Positions 19,221-28,892 of a stretch of 64,000 bases of DNA are shown one piece after another. How positions within the stretch are numbered: the stretch's first letter is position 1; every line of letters starts with the position of its first letter. A program made the position numbers and the translations under genes. Under the pieces are notes generated by a model that was not told the origin of the DNA, did not search any database, and saw only the letters and a list, made by a program, of their open reading frames with translations. Source of the stretch: Promethearchaeota archaeon (GTDB lineage Archaea; Asgardarchaeota; Lokiarchaeia; Sigyniarchaeales; SOKP01); the NCBI GenBank assembly GCA_048939995.1, contig JBHLOY010000003.1:160001-224000 (forward strand), read 5' to 3'.

Positions 19221-20423
19221 TTGAATGAGGTAATTACTATGGCTTCAGAATTATTATATACAGATTTGCAAAACGAGGTTGAGGAAACTTCTAAAGATTG
19301 TAATTTCTATAAACAGATCTGTGAAAATCAAGAATATGACTTTGATCAAACAATTAAGGATTCAAACCTAGATGAAGTCCCCTATATTAATTGGAATTAT
19401 TTTAAAGAGTCTTTAGGAAAGTTTCCTGAACTATTACGAATTCCCTATGACAAATTATCTTATTGGACAATAAGTTCGTCCACAACTGGGGATCCTAGCT
19501 TAGTAGGGAGAGGTCCTGAAGATATTGATTTATTTAAAAGAAATTATCGAAGAGTATTTGAAGAGTATGCTAATATGGAATCCATCACACAATTGATCCT
19601 CTTTGCTCCTTCTTTAGCATTCATGAATAAAATGCCTGGGTCATGGTATGGAAAGCGTGGATTTCTGTTTTATCGAGATATAACTGATATTTGGAAAGGT
19701 TATAAAATTGAGTATCTTTTAAAATTTAAAATTGTTAAAGCGCTGTTATATATGATTAGTCATTTTAAAAAGAAGGCTTTCATTGAGATTGATGGAAAAT
19801 TAATGCAAAAAAGCCTTAAAGAGGTAGAACGTAAAAGCATTCCTACATTAATCGCTAATTCTGCTCCTCTAATGTACCAAAATTTTAAAGATTATTATAA
19901 AAGCCATAAAGAAGGTTTTAGTATGCCCGAATCTTTCAGACTGCAACTTGGTGGAGGAGGTTGGGATGGCGTAAAAGGTAGAGTGAAACTTGGATACAAA
20001 ATAAATAAAGCTGAATTTATGGAGTTCATATCCGAATTCTTTAATATTCCTTACGATAACATTTCAGATAATTATGGTGCCACTGAAATTCCTATAGCTT
20101 GTGGTGGTCATTGGAGTAAAAAATATGAAGATTTTATTTTCCATCTGGAAAAAAATCAAGGTCAAGTAATTATTCGAGAATTGAACAGTCTTGAGAGAAT
20201 AAAGAAAGTAAACGAACCAGGAATCTTGGAGGTTTTAACTCCCTATGGAGTTGAATCTTATGCTGGAGTTGCCGTCATGCTTGATGACATTATAGAAATA
20301 ATAGACTTTAATAGATGCAATGAATGTGGTAGAGAGGGAATAGTATTTCGAATAACGGGAAGATTAACTCCAGAAATTGGAAAAGGTTGCAGTTCCTTTA
20401 CAAATCTATATCCATTTAAATAA
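19221..20423 (+). CDS. LuxE-like acyl-protein synthetase
   Basis: SSSTTGDPS loop, GGGGW, YGATE, DD and C-terminal GR....E.KGCS with the acyl-accepting Cys. Confidence 0.75.
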   Translation: MNEVITMASELLYTDLQNEVEETSKDCNFYKQICENQEYDFDQTIKDSNLDEVPYINWNYFKESLGKFPELLRIPYDKLSYWTISSSTTGDPSLVGRGPEDIDLFKRNYRRVFEEYANMESITQLILFAPSLAFMNKMPGSWYGKRGFLFYRDITDIWKGYKIEYLLKFKIVKALLYMISHFKKKAFIEIDGKLMQKSLKEVERKSIPTLIANSAPLMYQNFKDYYKSHKEGFSMPESFRLQLGGGGWDGVKGRVKLGYKINKAEFMEFISEFFNIPYDNISDNYGATEIPIACGGHWSKKYEDFIFHLEKNQGQVIIRELNSLERIKKVNEPGILEVLTPYGVESYAGVAVMLDDIIEIIDFNRCNECGREGIVFRITGRLTPEIGKGCSSFTNLYPFK

Positions 20424-20470
20424 TTCTACATTAGACATTTTTATTTCATTTATCCAATACTTTTTAGAAT

Positions 20471-20965
20471 ATGGAATTTATAGTAGGATTTGACTTTGAA
20501 AAATTTGGAACTAATTTATCTGAATTGAGAAAAGAATTCCTTGACACTATTGAAATATCAGATGATATAGAAGAAACGATCGTCAGGGAAGATCCTTCCC
20601 ATCTAATAGTCTGGAGAAAAGATCAAGAGTTAATTGGTTGGGCGATATGGCATGAATCATATACTAATGAACATCGTAAAGGATATCCTCGTGTAGAAAG
20701 CGATAGGAGAATATTAGAGAACTTAATTGGTGAGAAAAAAGAAATAATAGAATTACATGAACTCTGGTTAAAGAAAAAATATAGAGGTAACGGTTATGGA
20801 AAGCTGTTCTTCAAATTTTTTGAAGATTTTTTAACATCTATGGGTTATAAATCAATAGCTTATTATACTGATAATCCTGCTGCAATATCTATATGTCGTA
20901 GTCGGGATTATAAGGAAGAATATAATAAGGATTTAAATGAATATACTTTCTGTAAAACATTATAA
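20471..20965 (+). CDS. GNAT family N-acetyltransferase
   Basis: YRGNGYG acetyl-CoA binding motif, NPAA. Confidence 0.85.
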   Translation: MEFIVGFDFEKFGTNLSELRKEFLDTIEISDDIEETIVREDPSHLIVWRKDQELIGWAIWHESYTNEHRKGYPRVESDRRILENLIGEKKEIIELHELWLKKKYRGNGYGKLFFKFFEDFLTSMGYKSIAYYTDNPAAISICRSRDYKEEYNKDLNEYTFCKTL

Positions 20966-21065
20966 CTTTTCCTTTTTCTAATTTTAAAGATATAGAGATT
21001 GCTTTAAATATAATTTCTTCATTTTATTTGATTAATTATTTAATAATATGTGAAGATGAAATAGA

Positions 21066-21854
21066 ATGGAATATGAAGATCTTATTTATGAAAAGAAAGA
21101 TAAAGTTGCCCGTGTTACAATAAACCGGCCTCAACGATATAATGCCTGCACACAACATACGATTCATGAGCTGATCGATGCATTAAATCAATGCATGGAT
21201 CCTGAAATTGGTGTAGTGGTATTCACTGGTGCTGGAGATAAAGCGTTTTGTACTGGAGGAGATCAAACAATTCGTGAAAAGGGGGGATATAAAGGAAAAT
21301 ATATGGTACCATTAGAAGTAGGATGGCAAACTGTAACACACCTGATTCGTACAATGCCTAAGCCTGTAATTGCAAGAGTTAATGGATATGCAATTGGAGG
21401 TGGTCATGTGTGGCATGTGGCTTGTGATTTAAGTATTGCAGCAGAACATGCCCAGTTCGGACAAGCTGGACCACGAGTGGGTTCTTTTGACCCTGGATAT
21501 GGAACAGGAGATTTAATGAGAGCCGTTGGTGTCAAACGTGCAAAGGAAATTTGGTTCCTTTGTCGTCGATATACTGCAAAACAAGCACTAGATATGGGAC
21601 TTGTAAATGCAGTAGTTCCATATGAAAAATTAGATGAAGAGGTCAATAATTGGTGCCAAGAACTATTAGAAAAGAGCCCTACAGCTATTAAGATGTTAAA
21701 GTATGCATTTTTAGCAGAAAGTGATGGAACTACAGGCATTACTCAATTAGGAGTTGGTGGACTTTCTCTGTATTATGGAACAGATGAAGCTGTCGAAGGG
21801 AAGAACGCATTCATAGAAAAAAGGAAACCCAATTTTAATGAGTTCAGAAAATAA
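21066..21854 (+). CDS. menB: Crotonase-family MenB/BadI-type enzyme (1,4-dihydroxy-2-naphthoyl-CoA synthase or 2-ketocyclohexanecarboxyl-CoA hydrolase)
   Basis: AFCTGGDQ, GYAIGGGHV, GPRVGSFDPGYG, KEIWFLCR.Y.A and LYY.TDEA.EG..AF.EKR.P.F. Confidence 0.7.
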   Translation: MEYEDLIYEKKDKVARVTINRPQRYNACTQHTIHELIDALNQCMDPEIGVVVFTGAGDKAFCTGGDQTIREKGGYKGKYMVPLEVGWQTVTHLIRTMPKPVIARVNGYAIGGGHVWHVACDLSIAAEHAQFGQAGPRVGSFDPGYGTGDLMRAVGVKRAKEIWFLCRRYTAKQALDMGLVNAVVPYEKLDEEVNNWCQELLEKSPTAIKMLKYAFLAESDGTTGITQLGVGGLSLYYGTDEAVEGKNAFIEKRKPNFNEFRK

Positions 21855-21883
21855 ATATCGCTTAATAATAATTTTTGCCTTTT

Positions 21884-22798
21884 TTATTCCTTTGAATATA
21901 AAAAATCAGGTTCAAGATATTCCGGATTAGGGTATGTATAAAATCCTTTACCTGTTTTTATTCCTAATTCCCCGTTCTTAACTTTTTCTAATAATGCTTT
22001 CGGTGGATAATCTTTCGGATCCCTAGAGTCATTGTAATATACCATCTCTATATCATATACCACATCTAATCCTACTTTATCCATAATTCCAAAAGGACCC
22101 TCAACTGATTCATTGAACACCATCCATGCCCGATCTATATCCCTAAAATCAACAAAACCATTTCCCCACATATATAGCGTTTCACGTTTGATTGCTCTCC
22201 AAACCCTATTAAAACAAAACCCTAATAGTTCCTTTTTCACGGTAAGAGGTATAAAATTTAAAGAACGTACCCATCCAACACCTCTCTCTAATATCATTGG
22301 TAAAGTGCGGGTACCCCCCATAACGTCTACCATATTTATCCCTTGTAAAGGAAAATAAAAATGAATATTAAGACAGTATTCAGCTCTTCCACTACTTTCT
22401 TCCAATTTAGAAACAGGTATCGATGAACTATTCGTTGCTATAATGGCATTCGGTATAGCTTTTTCTCCAATCTTTTTAAATATTTCTTGTTTAAGTTCAA
22501 TTTTTTCTGGTACTGCTTCAATAACTAGCTCTGCATCTTTAATACATTCTTCTATACTCTCATCTCTCATAATACTTTTTTCACATTCATTCCACTTTTC
22601 CCACGGAATGATAGGTTCAACATTTTTACTCTTTAATTCATCTCTGAGTGTTTTTAAATTTTGAGCGAAAGAATTTTGATTTATATCATAAATCCTAACT
22701 TTATAACCATTATATGCTGCTATCATAGAAATCTGTGTTCCTAAAACTCCAGTTCCTATTATTGCAATGTTTTCTAAAACTTTTTCCATTTTCTCCAT
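21884..22798 (-). CDS. 3-hydroxyacyl-CoA dehydrogenase family protein
   Basis: GTGVLG Rossmann motif, EAVPE...K, NSSS, HF, GF.FNR and GPF..MD.VGLD. Confidence 0.92.
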   Translation of the reverse strand: MEKMEKVLENIAIIGTGVLGTQISMIAAYNGYKVRIYDINQNSFAQNLKTLRDELKSKNVEPIIPWEKWNECEKSIMRDESIEECIKDAELVIEAVPEKIELKQEIFKKIGEKAIPNAIIATNSSSIPVSKLEESSGRAEYCLNIHFYFPLQGINMVDVMGGTRTLPMILERGVGWVRSLNFIPLTVKKELLGFCFNRVWRAIKRETLYMWGNGFVDFRDIDRAWMVFNESVEGPFGIMDKVGLDVVYDIEMVYYNDSRDPKDYPPKALLEKVKNGELGIKTGKGFYTYPNPEYLEPDFLYSKE

Positions 22799-22874
22799 AA
22801 TATTTATTTAATCTTCAAAATATTTATAGATTCTAATTAAATTGTAAATTAAAGAAAAAAGAAAGTTAACTGGT

Positions 22875-23378
22875 GTGATACTTTTGGATATCAAAATACG
22901 TAAGGCTTTAGTAAGTGATGCTGAAAATCTTTCAAACATATGGAAAGTAATTTGTGTTGAAAAAATCTATTCTGCTGTCGATAGAGCTTTTACGCCACAA
23001 GAAGAAAGAGATTATCTATTATCGCTTACTGAACGAGAAGTAGTTTATATAGCAGAAGTCGAGGGCAAAGTGGTAGGCTTTCAAACCTTAGATCTTTGGT
23101 CTAAAGTTTTGACTTCTACATCCCATGTGGGTACTATTGGCACTTTTATTCTTCCTGAATACAGAGGAATGAATATGGGTAATTCTTTAGCAAAACAAAC
23201 TTTTAAATTTGCTCGTGCAAATCTTTATGAAAAAATAATGATTTACATACGAAAAGGAAATGAAAAAGCTATAAAATTTTATCAGAATTTAGGATTTATT
23301 AAAAAGGGAGAGTTAAAAAGACAAGTAAAAATCGATAATAATTATGAAGATGAATTATTCATGGAAAAATTTTTGTAA
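22875..23378 (+). CDS. GNAT family N-acetyltransferase
   Basis: YRGMNMG and N..AIKFY..LGF motifs. Confidence 0.88.
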   Translation: MILLDIKIRKALVSDAENLSNIWKVICVEKIYSAVDRAFTPQEERDYLLSLTEREVVYIAEVEGKVVGFQTLDLWSKVLTSTSHVGTIGTFILPEYRGMNMGNSLAKQTFKFARANLYEKIMIYIRKGNEKAIKFYQNLGFIKKGELKRQVKIDNNYEDELFMEKFL

Positions 23379-23383
23379 TATTT

Positions 23384-24523
23384 TTATTTTAATTCTTCCC
23401 TTGCAATAATTAAATTCTGAATTTCTGAAGTTCCTCCGCCAATTTGAAAAAATTTTGCATCCCTCATATACCTCTCAACAGAGAAGGTATTAGTATATCC
23501 ATCCCCTCCATGAATTTGAACTGCTTCTGAAGTAATCTCCAATGCTGTCTTACTGCTGAAAGTCTTTGCCATTGAAGCTTCTTTGGTAATATTCTGTTTA
23601 TTTGCTAATGCTGCTGCGCTATAGGTTAATAATCTAGCTGCTTGAAGTTTAGTGACCATTTCAGCAATTTTGATTCTAATAAGTTGAAAGGTAGAAATAG
23701 GTTTGTTAAATTGAATCCGATTTTTAGCATAATTTTTAGAATCTTCTAAAGCTGCTAAGGATAATCCATTACATTCGGAACTTAAGGTTAAGCGTTCTAT
23801 ATTGAAAGTATCCATTAAGCTTTTAAACCCTATTCCTTCTTCTCCAATAAGATTTTCATCAGAGACTTTTACATTATCTAGATGAATAATGCCATTATAT
23901 ACTCCGTTTATTCCCATCAATTCATATGGACTTTCAATAGATAATCCTGGTGTATCTCTTTCAACTATAAACACACTCATACCATATCGAGGATTCACAA
24001 TTGGATTAGTAACACACCAAATAAAATAATAATCTGCGATACCAGCGTTTGTGATAAACTTTTTAGAGCCATTCAAAATATAGTTTTTTCCAGATTTTTC
24101 TGCTTTAGTTTTTATTCCAGCTACATTTGAACCAGCTTCCTCTTCTGTAACACAGATGCTACATAATTTTTCACCTGTTGCGATTTTAGGTAAGAATGTC
24201 TCTTTTTGTTTTTGAATTCCGTACTTATTTAAAAGATATCCATCTAAAATACAGGGTGTTCTAGTAACTGATACAGCTACATTAAATTTTGAGATTTCTT
24301 CAGTGATTTCGCAATGAGCAATTAATCCTAATTCCGTTCCACCATAATCTTTAGGGATTAAAGGTCCAAAGTATCCTTCTTTCCCTATTTTTTGAATTAG
24401 AGAAAGAGGAACTTTGTTTTGCCCATTTAAATTGTTCTTAATAGGCTCTAACTCCTTTACTAAAAATGTATTTAAATTATCTTGTAATTTATAGTGTTTC
24501 TCTGTGAAGAATAAATTATTCAT
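23384..24523 (-). CDS. Acyl-CoA dehydrogenase
   Basis: TEEEAGSN, NGSKKFITN, R.QF..PI..FQ, QIHGG.GY and IGGGTSEIQ. Confidence 0.95.
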   Translation of the reverse strand: MNNLFFTEKHYKLQDNLNTFLVKELEPIKNNLNGQNKVPLSLIQKIGKEGYFGPLIPKDYGGTELGLIAHCEITEEISKFNVAVSVTRTPCILDGYLLNKYGIQKQKETFLPKIATGEKLCSICVTEEEAGSNVAGIKTKAEKSGKNYILNGSKKFITNAGIADYYFIWCVTNPIVNPRYGMSVFIVERDTPGLSIESPYELMGINGVYNGIIHLDNVKVSDENLIGEEGIGFKSLMDTFNIERLTLSSECNGLSLAALEDSKNYAKNRIQFNKPISTFQLIRIKIAEMVTKLQAARLLTYSAAALANKQNITKEASMAKTFSSKTALEITSEAVQIHGGDGYTNTFSVERYMRDAKFFQIGGGTSEIQNLIIAREELK

Positions 24524-24616
24524 AATAACATCATGAATTTTTAAGACTTAATTAACTAATAATAAAGATTTTTTAAAATTTTTAATTGTTGAATTATGTA
24601 TATAAATATCTTATAG

Positions 24617-24799
24617 TTGATTAGGCTGAATAAATTGTTATGTGAAAATTGTGGGGATAAAGTACCTGAGGGAATCATATATGAATGTTCAGTATGCTTT
24701 AATCCATTATGTGATAATTGTGCGAATGTATGTAGGAAATGTGGAGATTATCTCTGCGATGGATGTTATCATGACCATAAGAAAGAATGTAACAAATGA
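24617..24799 (+). CDS. Small Cys-rich zinc-finger protein (possible start TTG 24635)
   Basis: Five CxxC motifs plus His/Cys in about 54 aa; TATA-like TATAAATA at 24601; ATGA overlap with the next gene. Confidence 0.7.
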   Translation: MIRLNKLLCENCGDKVPEGIIYECSVCFNPLCDNCANVCRKCGDYLCDGCYHDHKKECNK

Positions 24800-25191
24800 A
24801 GGGTTCATATTTATTAATTTTATCTTTTAAAAAAGAAAGAATTATCAGAATTGGCTCACTGGGAGAAATTTTGTTTTCTAAGGGTTTTTACCTTTATGTA
24901 GGCTCTGCAATGGGAGAAAAAGGCCCAACTACATTATTGAATCGTGTAAAAAGACACCTTTCAAATTCTAATTCAAAAAAAGTTCATTGGCATATAGATT
25001 ATCTATTAGCAGATGCATTTACTAAAATTATTAAACTATATCTTATTCCATCGATAACAGCTTTAGAATGCATAATAGCAAGAGACCTTTTAGCCAATTC
25101 TGAAGGTTACATCAAAGGTTTTGGTTCATCAGATTGTAATTGCGTAAGTCATTTATTTTGGTTTAAAGATTTTAATGATATCAATATTTAG
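24796..25191 (+). CDS. DUF123 / GIY-YIG (Uri) superfamily nuclease
   Basis: KGSY, G.Y.YVGSA, R..RH, HWHIDYL and GFGSSDC.C.SHL. Confidence 0.9.
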   Translation: MKGSYLLILSFKKERIIRIGSLGEILFSKGFYLYVGSAMGEKGPTTLLNRVKRHLSNSNSKKVHWHIDYLLADAFTKIIKLYLIPSITALECIIARDLLANSEGYIKGFGSSDCNCVSHLFWFKDFNDINI

Positions 25192-25700
25192 AAGTATAAT
25201 AAAAAATATATGAGTATATACAACACTATTAAGAACATTAATTCTATAATTAATCCATATTTTTTCTGATTCAAATTAGGGAGCCAAAAGAAAAATTTGT
25301 TGCTTACCCAATCTTTGAAAGGATGAAAAATTAATATAAAATCTTTGTTTGAACTAGAAGTTTTTTTATAGATTCTTCTTTGAATCGCTCTTAAGATTCG
25401 CCAATCTACAATATCTGGTATTTTGGCAAATAACATTCCTAACCAGAAAGGAAAAAAGAAGAAAATTATAACAATAACCGCACTAATACGTATTATTATT
25501 TGCCATGTAATCCAAAATTTATCTTTCCATTGTGGTTCTGACAAATGATATGTACTTCGTGCAAATATATCTATTACAATATGAGAAGCTACTGCTAAGA
25601 TTATTGTTAGAATAATATTTAAAGGAAATAAAAAGTAATGAAAACAAATAATCTGGCAAATTATTCCAGCAAAACAGTGAGTAATGGTTTCCATGAGCAA
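25188..25700 (-). CDS. Membrane protein, possibly a metal-dependent hydrolase
   Basis: TITH, SHIVID and PD..D motifs within hydrophobic helices. Confidence 0.55.
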   Translation of the reverse strand: MLMETITHCFAGIICQIICFHYFLFPLNIILTIILAVASHIVIDIFARSTYHLSEPQWKDKFWITWQIIIRISAVIVIIFFFFPFWLGMLFAKIPDIVDWRILRAIQRRIYKKTSSSNKDFILIFHPFKDWVSNKFFFWLPNLNQKKYGLIIELMFLIVLYILIYFLLYF

Positions 25701-25838
25701 TTATAGTTTTAGTTTACAAAATTTTAATAAATTAGAATTTAAAATTCTTAAAATTTTTTAAGTTTTGAAATTGAAATCTAATTATAACATATTAGAAAAA
25801 TATAATCGAATAATAAAAAAATGAGTTGAACATAAGAA

Positions 25839-26780
25839 ATGGGAATGTTAGATGGGAAGGTGGCCATAATCACTGGCGCTGGGCGAGGACTAGGTCATGA
25901 GGAAGCAACAGCTTTCGCTAAAGAAGGTTGTAATCTTCTAATAAATGATCTTGGAGCTGGTTTTGATGGTTCGGGAGCAGAAACTAAGGTTGCGGATCAA
26001 GTAGTTGAGGAAATGAAAAAGTTAGGAGTTAAGGCTATAGCTAATTATGACTCAGTAACTGATTTTAATAAAGCTAAAGCTATGATTGATCAAGCTATTG
26101 CTGAATTTGGTAAATTAGATATATTAGTTAATAATGCTGGAATCCTTAGAGACCGCATGCTCTTTAATATGACAGAGGCAGAATTTGAAGATGTTATAGG
26201 TGTTCATTTAAAAGGTACTTTTAACATGACACGCCATGCGTCAGCCTATTTTAGGGAAAAAGGTAAAGCAGACGATTCACTTGGTAATTTTGGCAGAGTT
26301 ATAAACACAGCATCCGACGCTGGGCTATTAGGAAATATGGGGCAATCTAATTATGGAGCAGCTAAAGCTGGTATTGCAGCTTTTACAATTATTTCTGCTA
26401 TGGAATTGAAGAAATATGCTACAGTTAATTGTATCGTTCCTTTAGCACGTACTCGTTTAACTGTAGATGCCACGCCTCAAACAGCTACAATTATGAAAAA
26501 ACTTGATGAAATTGGGTTTGATGTGTTTCATCCATCAAATGTGGCACCAATGGTGGTCTTTTTAGCCTCCGATCAAGCTAAAAAGATAAGCGGAGAAGTA
26601 TTTCGAGTTGTAGGAGATCGTGTTATGTTATTCCAAGGGTGGCATACTGTTAATCAGATTATAAATGATCACAAACCATTCACTCCAGATCAGATTGCTG
26701 ATAGAATAAACGAGTTAATGAAAGGAGCACCAAAAAAGGAAAATTTGATGGGTTTATTAGGAGATATGATTAAAATGTAA
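25839..26780 (+). CDS. Short-chain dehydrogenase/reductase (MFE-2/hydroxyacyl-CoA dehydrogenase-like)
   Basis: TGAGRGLG, NDLG, NNAGILRD and YGAAK. Confidence 0.93.
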   Translation: MGMLDGKVAIITGAGRGLGHEEATAFAKEGCNLLINDLGAGFDGSGAETKVADQVVEEMKKLGVKAIANYDSVTDFNKAKAMIDQAIAEFGKLDILVNNAGILRDRMLFNMTEAEFEDVIGVHLKGTFNMTRHASAYFREKGKADDSLGNFGRVINTASDAGLLGNMGQSNYGAAKAGIAAFTIISAMELKKYATVNCIVPLARTRLTVDATPQTATIMKKLDEIGFDVFHPSNVAPMVVFLASDQAKKISGEVFRVVGDRVMLFQGWHTVNQIINDHKPFTPDQIADRINELMKGAPKKENLMGLLGDMIKM

Positions 26781-26791
26781 TGTTGATTTAA

Positions 26792-26813
26792 TTTTTTTAT
26801 TTTTTTATTTTTT
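26792..26813 (+). terminator. Oligo-T archaeal-type terminator downstream of the SDR gene
   Basis: Three consecutive T6-7 tracts right after the stop, between convergent genes. Confidence 0.45.
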
Positions 26814-26823
26814 ATAGAGGAGC

Positions 26824-27108
26824 TTATTCTATGTTTTCAACAATATCTTTAAAAACTTCATGAATAAATAAAATAATCTTATCGAAGTCTGAATCTGATA
26901 AGGTGCTGTCATTACTTTTCAAGAGATTTAAGAGATATTCAAGTTTTTTCAAACCCTCTTGAAGACTATTCTTCTCATCATCAATTTTGTAGTTCTTAAT
27001 TCGTTTTTTTATGAAAATAATTTCACATAGAAGGATATTTACTAATTTCTCTCTTCGCAACTGATTACTAAAAAAATCATTATATTTCCATTTAGTCTCA
27101 TTACTCAT
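26824..27108 (-). CDS. Hypothetical protein
   Basis: 94-aa helical ORF with SD-like GGAG upstream; fills the intergenic space. Confidence 0.6.
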   Translation of the reverse strand: MSNETKWKYNDFFSNQLRREKLVNILLCEIIFIKKRIKNYKIDDEKNSLQEGLKKLEYLLNLLKSNDSTLSDSDFDKIILFIHEVFKDIVENIE

Positions 27109-27221
27109 TCTAAATCAACTCCTTACTATTCAAAATTAAAGGAAATATAAATCTCTTAAAGAGTCCAATTTTTAATTTAAAGGAATTTTATAACTTAATG
27201 AAATTCTTCATTTCAGGGGAT

Positions 27222-28376
27222 TTATGGAAATCCTAATGATAAATAAGTGGGAATAAAAATAAATTTCTCTGGCTTTGAAAGTTTCAAATTATCTTTCAAT
27301 TTCAATATCATAAGGCTCAAATCCTGAAATTTGAAGAAATTATACTCTTTCAAGGCGTCATTTAATATTATATTATCATGATTGACGTTAATCAGTAATA
27401 ATCCAACTGATCTATAGCTTGCAGCCTTCAAAATTTTATCGATTAGATACTTATAGGCAAATGAAAGTTCTTTCTTATTGTTAAGTTTGGAGGTATCTAA
27501 AAAAAGTTCATGTATAATTCCAATTCGTAGCTTTAATCCATATTTAAAATGATAGGTATTGAGATGAGTTAAAATTGTTCCACCCAAAATATCATTCTCT
27601 TTTTTAATCAAAATGTATGTTGGTCTATGCCTTTTAGACGGAACTCTAATTCTTGCCCAAATGGGGTATCCTTTTCTATGAATTGGATAGCCTGTATAAT
27701 AAGATTTTAAGATTTTATCGCTATATTTTATGTATTTAAAATGTTGCCTATTATATTCAATTTTATAGCTAAATCCTTTACTATAGGAACTTAATCTCAT
27801 AAAAATTTTCTTGATCAAACGAGGTAGATATGAAAATAACACCAAAGCGGGTAATACTAAAATAACTAACGGTAAATCTCTCACTAATCGATAAAAGTTC
27901 GGAAAAGTAATGTATCCATAGGATCTATCAAAATCTTGATACCCAAGTTTAGAATACAATCTATTTCTTGGAAAACCGTTAAAAGCCGTAATTAATAGCG
28001 ATATATCACATCCTTTCCGCTGCATATATTCTATTGACCTCTGCATTAGCTTTTTAGATATACCTTGTCTTATGTAGTCTGGATGGCACGAAACATCATT
28101 GATATTACCATTTAAATAAGTAACATTGTTCAAGTTTATCTTTTCTATTGGATTTACGCAAACCATTCCAATAAGCTTATGATTGTCAATATCTTCAGCG
28201 ATTTGGATCATTTCAGGTTCAAAATCAGGTGATTGAATATATCTCCATTCCCAGTTTTTCTTTGTTCTGATAAAACTAAATCCATTCATTTGAAAAGCTC
28301 GATTAAATAAATCTGCAAGTTGTTCCTCATCTCCTTGTTGATAATTGCGATAAATAATACTAACCATAGATTCCAC
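27222..28376 (-). CDS. GNAT family acetyltransferase (Eis-like tandem GNAT)
   Basis: V.CHPDYIRQGIS and LY.KLGY; long C-terminal extension. Confidence 0.8.
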   Translation of the reverse strand: MESMVSIIYRNYQQGDEEQLADLFNRAFQMNGFSFIRTKKNWEWRYIQSPDFEPEMIQIAEDIDNHKLIGMVCVNPIEKINLNNVTYLNGNINDVSCHPDYIRQGISKKLMQRSIEYMQRKGCDISLLITAFNGFPRNRLYSKLGYQDFDRSYGYITFPNFYRLVRDLPLVILVLPALVLFSYLPRLIKKIFMRLSSYSKGFSYKIEYNRQHFKYIKYSDKILKSYYTGYPIHRKGYPIWARIRVPSKRHRPTYILIKKENDILGGTILTHLNTYHFKYGLKLRIGIIHELFLDTSKLNNKKELSFAYKYLIDKILKAASYRSVGLLLINVNHDNIILNDALKEYNFFKFQDLSLMILKLKDNLKLSKPEKFIFIPTYLSLGFP

Positions 28377-28508
28377 AGTTTTATTTTTCTTTTTAAGAAA
28401 AAAATTGATTACTTAAATATTTTTAAATCTTAGATATCTATTATATGATCATAAGATTATTTATAAAAAATTAAGTGAATAATTGAAAAAGTGGAAGAGA
28501 TGAGATGA

Positions 28509-28862
28509 ATGAGTGATAGAATTGGAGAAATCCTTGAAAGTTTAAAGTCAATCAAAGGTGTTCATGGAGCTGCCCTTATTGAAAAATTTGGGTTGATAAA
28601 AGGTAGTGCATTGCCAGGATGGGTGGATCCAGAAGCTGTAGCTGCTATGGTCACCCTTATTCTAAAAGCATCTCAAAGAGCTACAAAAGAATTAGAGCAA
28701 GGTCAGTTTTTTAATGCTATTATAGAAAGTGAAAAAGGAAGGATTCTTTTTTCTGAAGTTGGTGGCAATATATTGTGTATAATTACAACTGTAGAAGCCC
28801 AATTGGGGATAATAAATTTAAAATTAAGTGCTGCAGTGGAAACCCTTAAGAATTTACTTTAG
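28509..28862 (+). CDS. Roadblock/LC7 (MglB-like) protein
   Basis: GV.GAALI...GL...S, AAM, EL.QG...IIESEKG.I and A.LG.I pattern. Confidence 0.9.
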   Translation: MSDRIGEILESLKSIKGVHGAALIEKFGLIKGSALPGWVDPEAVAAMVTLILKASQRATKELEQGQFFNAIIESEKGRILFSEVGGNILCIITTVEAQLGIINLKLSAAVETLKNLL

Positions 28863-28892
28863 ATTATTATTATTTCTCTTTTTTTGAGAAAA

